From Rotaria socialis (Eukaryota): a stretch of 64,000 bases of DNA. The stretch spans positions 1 to 64,000 of the forward strand of contig CAJNYD010000098.1 in the NCBI GenBank assembly GCA_905331295.1, given 5' to 3'. The notes beneath the pieces were generated by a model, which had not been told where the DNA came from, did not search any database, and saw only the letters and a list, made by a program, of their open reading frames with translations. Below are positions 39,010-52,403 of the stretch, in pieces; position 1 is the stretch's first letter, and the number at the start of each line of letters is the position of its first letter. A program made the translations under genes and the position numbers.

Positions 39010-40601
39010 CTTTCTATATGGAAACAATCCACAGATCTAAAAATATTTATTGAAACGATGAGCACATGCAGTGATTCGTATTCCAGTAATTCTATGCTTG
39101 TTAAAATATCAGTCATTTTCAAAATTTTAATTGATCATTTTGTTTTCTCTACAACATTTTTTCGTTGTAATAATGAAATCTAATTGCAAACTCCATAAAT
39201 ATATTTTTCTGCAGGCTACAGTGTAAACTCATTTTAAGGGCTACCTGAAAATTATCGTATCTCATGCAAAAATTGTTGTAGAGAATTCGCATCGATCTTA
39301 GTTTATAGATCATGTATCGCTCTATTTTTCTTATATATCCTGGCGAAAGTTATATGGTCAAGTTTTAGGTGCTAGAAAACTTCATTTTAATTTTTTTTTC
39401 TAAAAATAACTCATCTATGGAAATTGAGGATTGCTTCAATCTGTTTTTACATCCTCGTTGCAATTAGCGCTTATTATTTGAATCACTATTTAAATCTTTA
39501 TTTAGCGTTTAAATTTGCAGAAACAGGTTATGAATATAAAATGCTGAAACACATATCTGCGTGTGTAAATATACCCATCAAAGGCAAGATAAAATCACTA
39601 TGTGTGCATTCATTAATGAAAATGATCTAGTACTCAAAATTAGAAAAACGTATAAATAGCAATGAAATAGAACATAATATGAAGCTGCATTCAATATGTG
39701 ATCTATGAGCTACAATTATATCAGCAATAATCAAGAAACGTTAGGCATATTAGTTGAATCTCCAAAAGATAACAATGAATCAAGTAAGTAGTTTTTTCAT
39801 CTGAAAGAATAGCATACGAATTTTGAATAAGTGAAATTAACAATCGTGAAGCCTATTGGTTCAAAATATCATTGAAAAAGAAGGAAATAAATACATCGAT
39901 CTATTTTCAATTAAATTTTTTTTTCTTTTCCTGAACTCAAAAAAAAATAACAATAATCATTCTAATTTGTCTAAACTGTAGCAAATCAAATAATAATATA
40001 TTCTTTCTTTATTTTTTACGACGATCTTTTTTCAAAATTAATCTTTTCGATATTCTTATTGCTGTCTTTTTTTCTCTTATAGATCGTCGTTAGACACACT
40101 CCAACATCAATAACAGCATGAAGAAAATCTGACATGTTAAACAATAACAACCACAACAAAAAATACATATGAGAATTAGACGAAGACAGGAGGAAAAGGG
40201 CTTGCATAAGACGACAAAAGAAAAACAACAACACATACAACTGGACTTTACAGACATAAATCGACGTTGATGATAACAAGAAAAATAAAGTGTAAAACAG
40301 TCATTTGGAATAAATGTCAGAAAGGAAAACAATCAAATGAACAAAAAGAAATATGTAGTCGAAATAGAAGAAAAACATAAAGAGAGGATCGGCTTTGTAC
40401 CGATTTTTTTTAATTTCTTTATAAAAAAAAGAAGCAACAAGAGAAAAACCCTTTTAATATCTTTCTCATCTGACTTAATCACCAAAATACATATATCGAT
40501 GATCGTTTTAAGAAAATATAGGTGATGGAAAATAATAAAAAAAAGACATACTTTATCTATTTTTCGTCATAGAAAAAAAATATATATCTGACTCGACTTG
40601 T

Positions 40602-43600
40602 TTATACTGATACGACTTCCGCTATTTGAAGTTGCTCTTCTTCATTGACAATAATTTCATGGTGTTGCTTTTCTAGCGATGTTGGCGGTGTTGGCAGCCA
40701 TGATAAACGATTGACAAGATTCCGAAAAGGACGATTGTTTGTTGTTGGTGGAATAAAATTCGGACGTTTTTTATAAACATTTTCCTAAAAGATTAAAATA
40801 AAAAAAAATAAAAAAAAAATGAAATAGATAGATTAAGCTTATATACAAGCAGATCCAAAGAGATATTATGTATTTGTATTGAATAAATTTCATCGATCGG
40901 TATAGCAGGTGATGACCGAGATGCTGGAACTGGCATTGACGTTAGACTTTGGCCAAAATAAAGTACATCGAAAAATGGCTTCATCCATTCATGACAAATA
41001 TATAAATCATCATCGTTTAAAGCTAAAGATGAAAGTAAAAATAGAAAAATCAATCTGAGATTCATTATACTATATCGCAAAAAGTCGACTCATCAGTTAG
41101 AATCAGATAAAAAGTTCTTTGAAAAAACCTAACCACAAAGTACAACAATGATGATTGTCAAAGTTTAGTAATTTGTGATAAAACTTGAATTTCGATCATT
41201 TTCTCCTACCGCAGCCATTGTAGTAGCAAAATGAAGATTTTCATTGCTTTCAATGATTATTTTAGAATAAAGTCGAACAGTCTAGAAAGTTTTTCTAAAG
41301 CTTTTCGAGAATAAGAACTTACTTAGCTTAAATCGTATATGTGAGTGTTTTATCATTTTATTCAACTTGATGTTAAAAATTTTGTTTCATATAATTTTAT
41401 TTATGTTTTGTATCAGAGGCCAAAACAGGTCGCGTCTTCGAGGCCTGTGGGCCTATCAACGTTTTTTAAGCTAATACAATAATGATGAGAGACTAGAAAC
41501 TAGAGGTACATACAGAACACCGAGTGTACTTTTATACATGGATGTAGCCTATCTGTCAGAGGCATAGACCACGAATTTTGGACCAGTACTTATCAGAGGT
41601 TCAAGCAATTTTTGACCTGTCTGAGCCTGCCAGTTTGACTGCTCAGAAAATCGGAGTCTATGCCTATGACAGGTCGGTTACCTCCACGTGAAAAGTACAC
41701 TTAGTGCTCTGTATGTACCTCTAGTTTCTAGTCTCTCATCATTATTTTATTAGCTTCAAAAACGTTGATAAGCCCACAGGTCTCGAAGAAACGGCCTGCT
41801 TTTGGCCTCTGTGTTGTATCCTCTTTCGTGTGTAACTACCTGATGAATTTTAGTGATGCGAAACTTAATGTGTGTAAAGTTCATCGGAATGAGACACCTG
41901 CTCATGCATCGCAGCGCTTGTCAGGATTCCCGCGAAAAAAATATTTGCAAATGACGTCCCCCTCGGGATTTATCAGGACACTGTGATGTATGCATCTGCT
42001 CGAATTCACAAGTTAAGAGGAAAATTGCCTTGAAATCAATACATTTGGTTGTCGAAATACGAAGATATCTAGTTTTGTTGAAATCCTTTCTCAATTCTGT
42101 TATAATTTCAAATATTTTTTCTTTTTGTTATTATTCTGTGATATTGGGAATAGGACAGATATACTCAAATATCAGTTCCACAAAGCCGTCTAGTGATTTC
42201 TTTCATGTACTGTTTTCATAACATGTCTTAATGAAATATCATTCCCATTTTTAGATGGGATGATTGTGCATGTATCGATTTGAACAATACGCGAGCATGG
42301 CTCATGCTTGCCTTAGTCTAGTAGTCTCCTATGTAAATTATACTAATAATTCGATTTAATTGTCACATGCGAGAATAGTTAAGATCAAAAGGAGCCAACT
42401 ACACATGATAAAACGTATTTAATATAGTATAAATTGAAAATTAATAAAATATTAATGTTCGAATGATGATGCAACCTAGTAAACTATATGTATCATATAC
42501 ATTGTATTATTAAGGTCTGTAACCAACAATGAAGTGTCTCTATTTACGATACTCATAATGATATTGTAAATGGCATATTCCATACTTAATTGAACTGTTT
42601 TATTAACTTACAAGTGATCTGTTCAACAGGCCAATTTGGTTTGCAAGCAAGAATAGCTGTTGCAGCTATTACATTCTTTGGAAATTGTGAATATTCAATA
42701 TCCAGTGAACAAAAGTCAAGTAACTGAAAAAAACAACAAGTAGATTTGTTTCTTTTTGAATTTCAAAGAAAAACTTACTCGAACAGCTAATGAAAATGTC
42801 TGAAGGAACATCGGTGTTCGATGTACACTTGTTAGCATTGAAGTTTTCAAAAATTCACTGTCTGATGATGATGATGATGAAGGTTTTTGAGTGTTTAATA
42901 AAGATAAACGTCGTTTTTTAATACAACGATCATAATGTGAGGGCGTAACATTAGTTGAAGATATTGATGACTGTAAACTGTTATTCATCAATTCAATTTC
43001 AGATTCAACTTGAAGAAATGCTAATAGCCAACTAGTTGACGTCATTGGATTTATATACCAATTCAACGCCTAAAAATGTTGCCAGTTAAATTCATTTATA
43101 AGTTACCAAGGCAAAAAAAACAATGCTTACATTCAATATATCTAATTCCATATCAAGTATATCGCCTTCATAATAAGCTTTGTCAGTAACATAAGCAAAT
43201 TCAGATATACGTGGTGGATAGATTTCCTAATAGAGAATAAATAAAAGAATTATTTCATAAAAGAGAAAAATTATTAACTATAGTTACTTCTATTTTAGCA
43301 GCAATAAACAGTGCGGTTATACCAAGTAATTGAAGTTTAGCTTTTGGTAAATTAGACGTATTACATAAATACTGATCAATATAAGCAATAGCTAAATGAT
43401 ATGTTTCTCGATGAAGATGATAAACTTCAGAAACCTAATAGAATATGGTATGTTTATTAAAACAGTATCTGAAAAAATAAAAAATCTTTTCTTTTACTTC
43501 AATTATCCAATCACATAGAACACTTCGCATTTTAATTGTTATTGCTGGATGTGCATTAAGAAAATTTGAATGACATTTGTATGTTTCATCAAATGTTTTC

Positions 43601-46600
43601 GCCATCATATTTGACCATAGTGAATTTGAACGATACCAAGGATAAGGTAAAGATGATAAATCAAGATGATCGATGATGATTCCATCATCTTGATCATCTT
43701 CTTCAATATTACACGTAGATAAAGAATGTTTTACCATAATCATTTCTAAATAAAATTTAAACTTATTTCTATTATATTTTTTTATTCAAATATGACATTA
43801 TATCTAATATCAAAGACAATAAATACACATAGATTTAACTTGTCTTTGGTTTCTGAGATAAAATAAATACCAGTAGTATAAATCTTTTGTTGTTTAACAC
43901 AAACATGTACAAAGAGTTCAGTGAAACAACAATCAATATTTAAGAAACGAGTATTCGTCGTTTTAGTTATCTTCATTTTCGATTGCATCAGGCTAAAATG
44001 AATTCTCCGAGATATTGTTACCTTTCAAATTTATATGCTATTCTATGCAGTTCATTAATTCAACTATAAATGAACACTCACAAAACTAAATCTATAAGAC
44101 ATTTAACGTTGTTTATTTGCCATTAACTTTTATTTAGTTTGACACTATTTCCATTCTATTGGACTTGGTTATTACTATCAATTAGATCTTCTTTTCATTT
44201 CGAAGCCTTCTCTTGCCACATGATACATGTTGTACTTGTTTTGTAGGGCTATTGATAGGTATCATAGTCACTAAAAACTTGTCAACGTTATGTTTAAAAC
44301 GAATATTTTCTTTATCCAAATATGCCTAGTTACATTTATCGTCTATGAATGAACTTTTGTATTTCAGAATAGAGATGTTTCCATAAAGAAAGTATCTTTA
44401 TGTTTCATTTAAATTTCAAGAACATTTCTATTCACTCTCATGTAAGCCGAATTTCAGTTGATTGTTTCAAATTTAAAATATTTCGAATGTTTTATACCGG
44501 AAAAACTAAATCACTCGTATCTTGATGAGAGATAACTAGCATATTAAGTTAAAATATTTTATTATTATTAAACAAGACATTGAATAGCAATATTTTATTA
44601 AATTTACTAAGCAATGTATCCCGTATGAAGATTTCCTAGCCAAATATAAAGAAATCTCTCATTTCTGGATACACGAAATGAATAAAATCTGAAAACATGA
44701 ACTATAGTTCTTTGCAGAACATTGTTTTATACAATTTCGATCTCATTTCTAATCTACACTTCACTAGAAAGTCTAATAACATTCCACTAAATAATAATAA
44801 TTCATGCTATTTATTATAACTATATTTCTATTATATATCATACCAGATTGTTTATGATTCGTGTGATTTTCTTTGTTGCTGATATCCTGACCAGCATTGT
44901 CTTGTTGTAGCTAGAAAGAAAAAAAGAAATATCTATCATTAATATCAAATAAATTTCAAACCATTAATCTAAACTATGAATGCGTGTTTCTGAATGCTCT
45001 CATACTTTTCTGATGAATCACTTACACATAAAAGAAATTCAGAGTGAAACCATTCCGATCGATACTGTTGATGCATGAAAAAATTATAAACAAAAGAGAA
45101 AATCAAAATAGAAGATTTATCTACTTTTATTGTCCTCCTTTATGGTTTTGTTTGCTAGTGGAATCAATAAATACATAAAGAAAAGAATAGGAAAGGAAAG
45201 GAAAAAAATAAACCAACAAATACTATAATCTCGTCGAGGCGTAAAGCAGCGAACATGATGCACATAACTAGACAAGACCTAATTTTTCACAAGAAAAGCA
45301 TTCATTTTGTGAAACAGATTAAAAGGTCCTGTGTAGATTGTGCAACACCTTCAGCAGCATGAAGTATCGTTTGTATCGTAAATTTAAAAAATCGAGCATT
45401 TATATAGTGTAAACGAACTTGATGAAATAACGTCAGTTGCTTTAATTTAACTAGCAGAAATCGATATTCTTTTTTTTTCATAAATAGACATCAACAACTG
45501 ACACTCAATAAAGAACAGGTGTATATAGACTAATGAGAAGAGAAAGAAAAAAACTTCTTGCATCACTTCATTTTCTGTTGTCTCAAGATTTCATATATCG
45601 ATAATCGATATATGATATAGAATAAACGATGAATTGAAATAGAATTTATTCTCAAGTAAAAATTGAAAATTCTCAAGCTAAACTAAATGAAGTCTTCTGC
45701 TGACTTAGATTTATCACCCAAAATATATCTAAATCTGGTTTCACGTGAAAAATTTTGTTATCCGAATATCCTTATTCTATTCTGCACGACAGAGTTACTC
45801 TATACAATTCTAATTTCAAAGAACAAGTTATTACGTGATATCATTTCATGCAATAGACTTGAAATGACTAGAAATCGATGAACACAACATAGAGATATAA
45901 TATCGATTATTTCATCGGCACGTGGAAATATAAGCCGTCTGTCTATGGATGAAGAGTCAAAACAAAAATGGGTATTTATAGTCATCATATATATTATCTT
46001 TCTGTTCTATAAAAGAAAAAAATCAAGTCAGAATAAGACTACACAGTTAGTACTGTCGCTATATGCATTCTGTACTTATATCTATTGAAGAATCTATCAA
46101 TACAGACGATTGCGTTTAAGAACTTGTAAAAAAATTCATGTTAACATCAATAATAGTATATTTCTGGATTGATTTCACAAACTTGATCGTTATATATTAT
46201 CATTTTGTTGACTCCTTCGAGACGAGTGGTGCTTATATTTATTTTTCGGCCAGGAATAATTTAGCTTTGTTGATATCTAATTACTACTAATTAGTATTAC
46301 TTTATTGTTTCATAGGAGTAATCTCGACACATATGTCTCATTTTGTCTTTGAAAAATCAATCGTACTAATTAGAAATAAAAAAAGAAATCATTCTAATCG
46401 ATTTCGTATTTCACTATTTAACTTAACGAAAAAAAGACTCCATATTGACAGAGTTCTATTCTTGTTATCAAACAGCAAAAGTATCAAATATTAGCCATAT
46501 AAAACATTCGAAAGATATACATTCAATATCAAATACATTGAAAGAAAATTGAAAATATGACTCCTATTATACTATGCCTTTTTGAAGCAATTATACAGAT

Positions 46601-47129
46601 ATGTGTAGTTTCAATTTTGAAGTTGTTCAATCAGCCTACTTATGAAATGATTCAATAAATTAGATTTAAACAATAATTTTCTAAGAAAAACATATAAACG
46701 AACCTTCATAGTATATTTTTATAAACTCTTTGTTACAGAAAAAGATGCAATATTTTTTTGAGAACTACAAAGTTCAAAGTTAATGAGTTTTACACAATTA
46801 AACGTTTGGTGAAAATAAACTTGAAAATTTTTCTATAATATGATTTCATTTTCTCTTAGTTTTCTGACGATTAAAAACTGTTTCATTATGAATGATAAAA
46901 TCTTTAAACAGGTTCTGATGTTACAAAAAAAATTATTAGAAAAGAAAGTCTTACTTCAAATTTAGCAACTTTAGATTTTCGTTCAAGAATTGGTGAATGA
47001 TCTGGCTAAAACCATAGAAATATATAGTTAATGAATGTTCATTCTATTAATTTTTGTTAAACCTACCGAACGTGATCTTTTAGGTGCACGTACTTGTGAT
47101 GGACTACCACCGTCACTATTATCGGGCAT
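40602..47129 (-). CDS. CCNE: G1/S cyclin E; first coding exon uncertain (47129-47067 or 45076-45026)
   Basis: Cyclin box MRSVLCDWIIEVSEVYHLHRETYHLA..LQLLGITALFIAAKIEEIYPP..EFAYVTD and C-terminal LPTPPTS phosphodegron typical of cyclin E. Confidence 0.9.
41414..41811. mobile_element. Foldback MITE with ~165-bp imperfect inverted arms in a cyclin E intron
   Basis: CAGAGGCCAAAA...TTTTGGCCTCTG termini, long internal inverted match, 8-bp TSD ttttgtat / tgttgtat. Confidence 0.9.
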
Positions 47130-47713
47130 TATCGATGGAAATTGAATATCTAAAAATTATTGAAAGTGAAGAAAAAACTCAATAATGGTTTATCAAAACA
47201 TTTGTTTTATAGCTATCCACCAAAATTTCATGCAAGTTTAACTGTAAAGATGTTATTTTGGATGTTTTCGTTGTACGATAAGAGAAAATAAATATATCGA
47301 ATCTATTTCAGATAAAGAAACCAATGAAGAAAAAGTGGCTTGGAAATAAAAATCACATCTGTAGAATCTCTTCAACCGCTAATTTCATTCAATATTTCAA
47401 ATAATCAGTCGATAGTTGTCACTCTGTTTATTTTATTTTCATGAATCTTTGTTCTAAAAGTGGACATAAATCCTAATGGACGAAAGCTTTAAATCGTGAT
47501 AGATGTCATTATCAGCTGGATATATGTATCATCTGAGTCAATATATATATATATATATATCTATACAAACAAACATGAAATTCGATAGATTGATAAATAA
47601 ATTTAAAAGAAAAGTTTCACTGAATGTTAAAATAAGTCGAATAATCGTTTTTTTTAATATCAGAGTTGATCGACTTAAAATATTAACGAATGGATTATTC
47701 AATGGTCGCATAC

Positions 47714-48838
47714 CAGAGATGCCGACAGGGCAGGGTTACCCTGTCCTGTGCCCTGTCCTGCCCTGAACAGGAACAGGAACAGGATACATCAGGTAAATTG
47801 CAGGGCAGGGCAGGGTGAGAAATATACCCTGAAAAATGAAAACCCAGTTGTTTGAATTTCTGATTTGAAAAAATACTTAATTATGTAAGTACAAGAGCAA
47901 TGCTTTGAATATACTAGAAAACAAATTAAAAAACTACGTGAAAACAAACACAGCAACAACACTTCATCGAACCATCAAAAAAAGACTTTAAGTAGAAACC
48001 GATTTGTATGCACGATTTGAATCTGGAAGTTTAAATGAAGAGCTCACTGATTATAACAGTAGCGGAAATGAAAGTGAAGAATATGATTATACTATAAAAA
48101 AAGGTGATGAACTAGATCGATATCGATTGTTTGAATTCGATAAAAATAAAGAAACAAAGCAACCGTTAGATTTTTCGAAAAATCATCAACAAGCTTTTCC
48201 ATTTCTTTCAAAGTATGCTCGATCAATATTTTCAATAACTGCAACAACAACACATGTGGGAAGAGAATTTTCCACAGCTGGTTGGATCTTGAACAAGAGA
48301 AGAACAAATCTTCAACCAGATTGTTTAGAAAGCATTTTATTAGTAAGATCAGCGGAAAACCATTGACACGGAAAGTAAATTGTCTATTTATTGTTAGTTT
48401 TTTTCTTGCTCATGGTGGATATCTTATTTTCTTGTGTTATTTTTGTAAATTTGGCTGAACTGAAGTTCTACAATAAACGTGCGAGTCTAGGTTAGTTATG
48501 TATATTGTATCATTCACTTTTCTTCTTATTACACGCTTATTTATTCTGCTATTTTGGGTGGAATGTTACTATTATTCTAAAATTAGCTTAATTTAAATTA
48601 AAAATTAAAAATTAAAAAAAAATCCTCTATAATAATTACAATGAGAAAAATGCCTTTTTATTATAAAATATATCGAAAATTACTATACAAACATTATTCC
48701 AATTCAGTAGGATACCCTGCCCTGCCTGAAGACCGTCAGGACAGGACAGAAACAGGATGCATCTTAAATTTATTTATTTATTTATTTTTCAACAGGACAG
48801 GACAGTGTGCAAAAAGTCGCCCTGTGGACATGTACATG
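47714..48838 (+). mobile_element. Internally deleted hAT transposon
   Basis: Left TIR CAGAGATGCCGACAGGGC, degenerate right TIR GCCCTGTGGACATG, CCCTG/CAGG subterminal repeats at both ends, possible TSD tcgcatac / acacatac, internal transposase fragment. Confidence 0.85.
48004..48366 (+). pseudogene. hAT transposase C-terminal dimerisation-domain fragment
   Basis: PLDF..FPFLSKYARSIFSITATTTHVGREFSTAGWILNKRRTNL matches hAT dimerisation motifs. The conserved W and the ERxFS glutamate are lost. Confidence 0.85.
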
Positions 48839-50362
48839 ACACATACACATATTACTTGCATTAAGGTCAGCGTTAGGATTTTTAAAGTTTTTTAATATCT
48901 GTTTGATATACGTTACATATAAAACGATCACTAATTGTTCTTAGTTGTCGAAAATATGTTGAACAAAGTCGAAGAGGATTGCTTATACATCAGCTATATG
49001 CTTTTCATTGAAATAGAAGTGAATGTAATTTCTATTCGCAAATAACAATATAACTGTTTCTTAAATCAGTCTCAAGTCAATTTCTAATGAGTTAGCTGAC
49101 CAGAAGAAATTTGAAATGTAATCAAATTCGATAAATGCAAGGATAGCATTTTACAGAAAAAAGTTCATTCAAAAATAGCGATTCTCTTCTGATAATTTGT
49201 TCTACAGTGTCGCAATAATAGCGACTGTTCTCTAAAGAAAGTCGAGATCTATTAACACCTCTTACTATTCTTCTATCATCATATTTCATGTAGAAAAATG
49301 ACGTGCGAAACAAAACAACACGGTATATTATCGTTTTGTTTTAATCTAGAAATCAAATTGCGGAGTATAACATTCGATTATATTTAACAATAGTATTATT
49401 GTATGTGCAAGTTCTGATGACGTATGTTACTAAGCAATGACATTCATAAAATCATTTCATATTCTAACTTTCCTTTTCTTGCCTTAAAAACAATCTGTAG
49501 TAGAATTCAGTTTGGTTGTAATGCACTTACAAAATAATGTTATACGAGTTCAATTTGTGAACGGAACATCTAAAAATTGTCGAAAAAAAAACAAAAAGAA
49601 AATTATTTGGCAGCAAATTTTCTCGATTTTTTGCAGTTCAAGTAATTTCATTGAAGTATATGTTCTTACAGATCGACGTCTGAATATTATCCCATCAAGT
49701 GAATTCTATTGTGATCATCTCTATACTGTGTAATCTATTCGTAGTTGAATACTTTCTTTTCAGTAGGCATGCTAAAAATAATGTCAACTGACTAGCTTTT
49801 TAACAAGTAGATCATTGATGAGAGAGAGATTCCATTAACGATTAACTATAATCTAGCATTTTAGTTGATTTCAATTCAAATACACAATGCATCATTTTAT
49901 AATCTCGAATACTAGGATCTCTCGATGATAAATACCTAATTGAAAACATTTATGCCATTATTACAACTATATTAATGACTATCTTTTGTTTTCATTTCTT
50001 AATTACAGTTGTTACCGGTATTCAGCATTGTTAATTGAGCAAATGAAGGATTACTCTTGATCTTACAGTAATTTTTGTTCTTTGAAATGCAAAAATTTAC
50101 AGAACAAAACAATAGTAGATGCATAAATATAATATAATACCGTAAGTAGAAAATTAAGAAAAAGAATAATTTTCCTCTCGTTGAGATTTGTTATTTTTCA
50201 GATTTATGTACTTTTCTATAAACAGACTGTTCCTCTATAGTTTTAATCTATCAAATTGACGATCATAATGATCGTTAATTATGTAAGAAATAATTTTATT
50301 TTCATAAACATTTAAAATAGTTATCACTATTTTCTTTACATTTAAAGAACGAATCAATCAGT

Positions 50363-51150
50363 ATGCAACGAAAACCATCGATTTTACGGAAAGGTTCATA
50401 TCAAATTTTTTATATCACAAAACGAATTAAAGAAGATGGCGATGATAATGAGGGTCGAAATAATAATAGCACTACCGATCAAAATATTGATAAGAAAATC
50501 CATATGAGAACAAATAAAATTGAAGAGAACTTTTCAGAAGTTACTAATCAAGACCAATCGGTAACAAAAACCTAACTCTGTGCTACAAAATATGCATCGA
50601 ATTTTGTTTTAGAAAAAGATTTAATACGGCACAAAGCATCCTGTGAATTATCTCAATTCGTCATTAATATCAAGACCTATCGACAAAATTTCTTTTCATT
50701 CTTTGTTTTTATTTTCTTGTTTATAAATCTAACAGGATGCAATGTCAGTAAAATTATTATCAAATGATAAGCAACAAGATGTTCACAGAGAGAATTCGAT
50801 TGACTGGCCTAGAGTGAATAAGATGAGTGAAATATCACGACGAAATAGTTTACTAGTTTCTGTGAGTAATTCTGAAACGATAAATAAAAAAGGGTTCGGA
50901 ATATTTCGTTTTCAGAAGTATAAAAAAGTTAAACAATTGCCTTCACCAATTTACATAGGTTTTCATTAATACTCCTCCAGACATGCGACAAAGATTTCGT
51001 CAACGACAAAAACGTTCGTTTATTGCTTCTGGTATTGCTCTCTTAGCATTGAGTATTATCATAAGAATTATCGTATATGTTACAATTATGATAGTAAAAC
51101 AAATTAAGAATGTCCATCACTTATCATTTTATAAACGTTCACGTTCATGA
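50363..51150 (+). CDS. Small unknown protein with C-terminal transmembrane segment; proposed exons 50363-50560, 50736-50861, 50959-51150
   Basis: Three phase-0-compatible exons with GT-AG sites and a hydrophobic stretch FIASGIALLALSIIIRIIVYVTIMIV flanked by basic residues. No recognised homology. Confidence 0.5.
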
Positions 51151-52403
51151 TTGATTACATGAACGTCGTATATTTTGGTTACGTAGCATATATTCTGTAG
51201 AGGTTTAAACGAAAATAGATATAATTAACTCATCAAAACTTCTCTACCGTTTTCAACAGTGGTACACAAGTATATTTTAAGATATAAAATAGAGTTTCAC
51301 ATAAGAAAGTTTTGAAAGGTTATATTCTAAAAACTAAATACGATTTCATCAACCAATCGAATTAAGTCAATGAAAAAAGGACAATATGTTGATTTATTTG
51401 TCATTTTAAAGTTTCGTTTCTTTGAATCTATCGACTAAAATATACATAGAACTATGTAATTTCAATTTACTGATCATCAACTTCGTTTAGTAATTATAAA
51501 TTGACCATGCCGAGACAATGCAACACAAGATCACATACAACATAGGTATTCATGGAATATGCTTCTTAGTTTCACAAATAAAATAGTTTAATAATTGAAA
51601 ACAACTGAACAGCACTCGTACATTTCTAATAAAACTGAAAACTCTACTCTTGAATGTAATTCTTTTTCTTTAAATTACTTAGATATATAAAATATATTAT
51701 TCTCAAATTTGACTCAACAACAAAATATCTTTATTTATCTCATTTCTGTATGAACTATCATTTGTCTCAACTTACTGATAATATTTACCGTTGAAAATCT
51801 GCTCTTATACAGTATCTGCTGATCATAATATTAGTAATTTATTTTCTGTTATTCCGGTGTTAATTCTATCTGATATTTTTCTGAATTTATTGTTCTATTC
51901 TATCCAAGATTGCTGGTCGATTCTCAGACATTTAGTCAAATCTAGCAAAAGCAAACTTTCCAATTGTCCTCCTGATTCAACAAACAAAAGACTAGTACAA
52001 AAGCACTATTACCATTTTTTTTGCCTTAAACGATTCTGACTAAAACGAATCTAATAGTTTCTAATTACTCTTGGCACGAAAAATAAAATGACTAATGAAA
52101 AGTTTATTTAATTTATTCGATAATTTGTTCAATAATAAATTTACCAGAAGATGTTGCTAATTGTTTGTTTTTATATCGAATGAAAAGACTAGACGACTTT
52201 CGTTAATAATTGAAAAAACCTATGTTTTATTTTTATCATTCTTTGAAATTATTTATTTGATACTGCTCGGAAACTAATATTCTAAAAAAATTGAATCAGT
52301 GTTCAATACACATATTTTGATGAAAAAAAGTTTTAGGAGCACCACTATAAAGTCAGGTTATTTTGAATATGATTAAATTGATACATAACGAATTTGATGA
52401 CTT

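Noticed and set aside
39234..39400. Possible TTAA-start transposon remnant
   Set aside because: No matching opposite terminus or TSD found.
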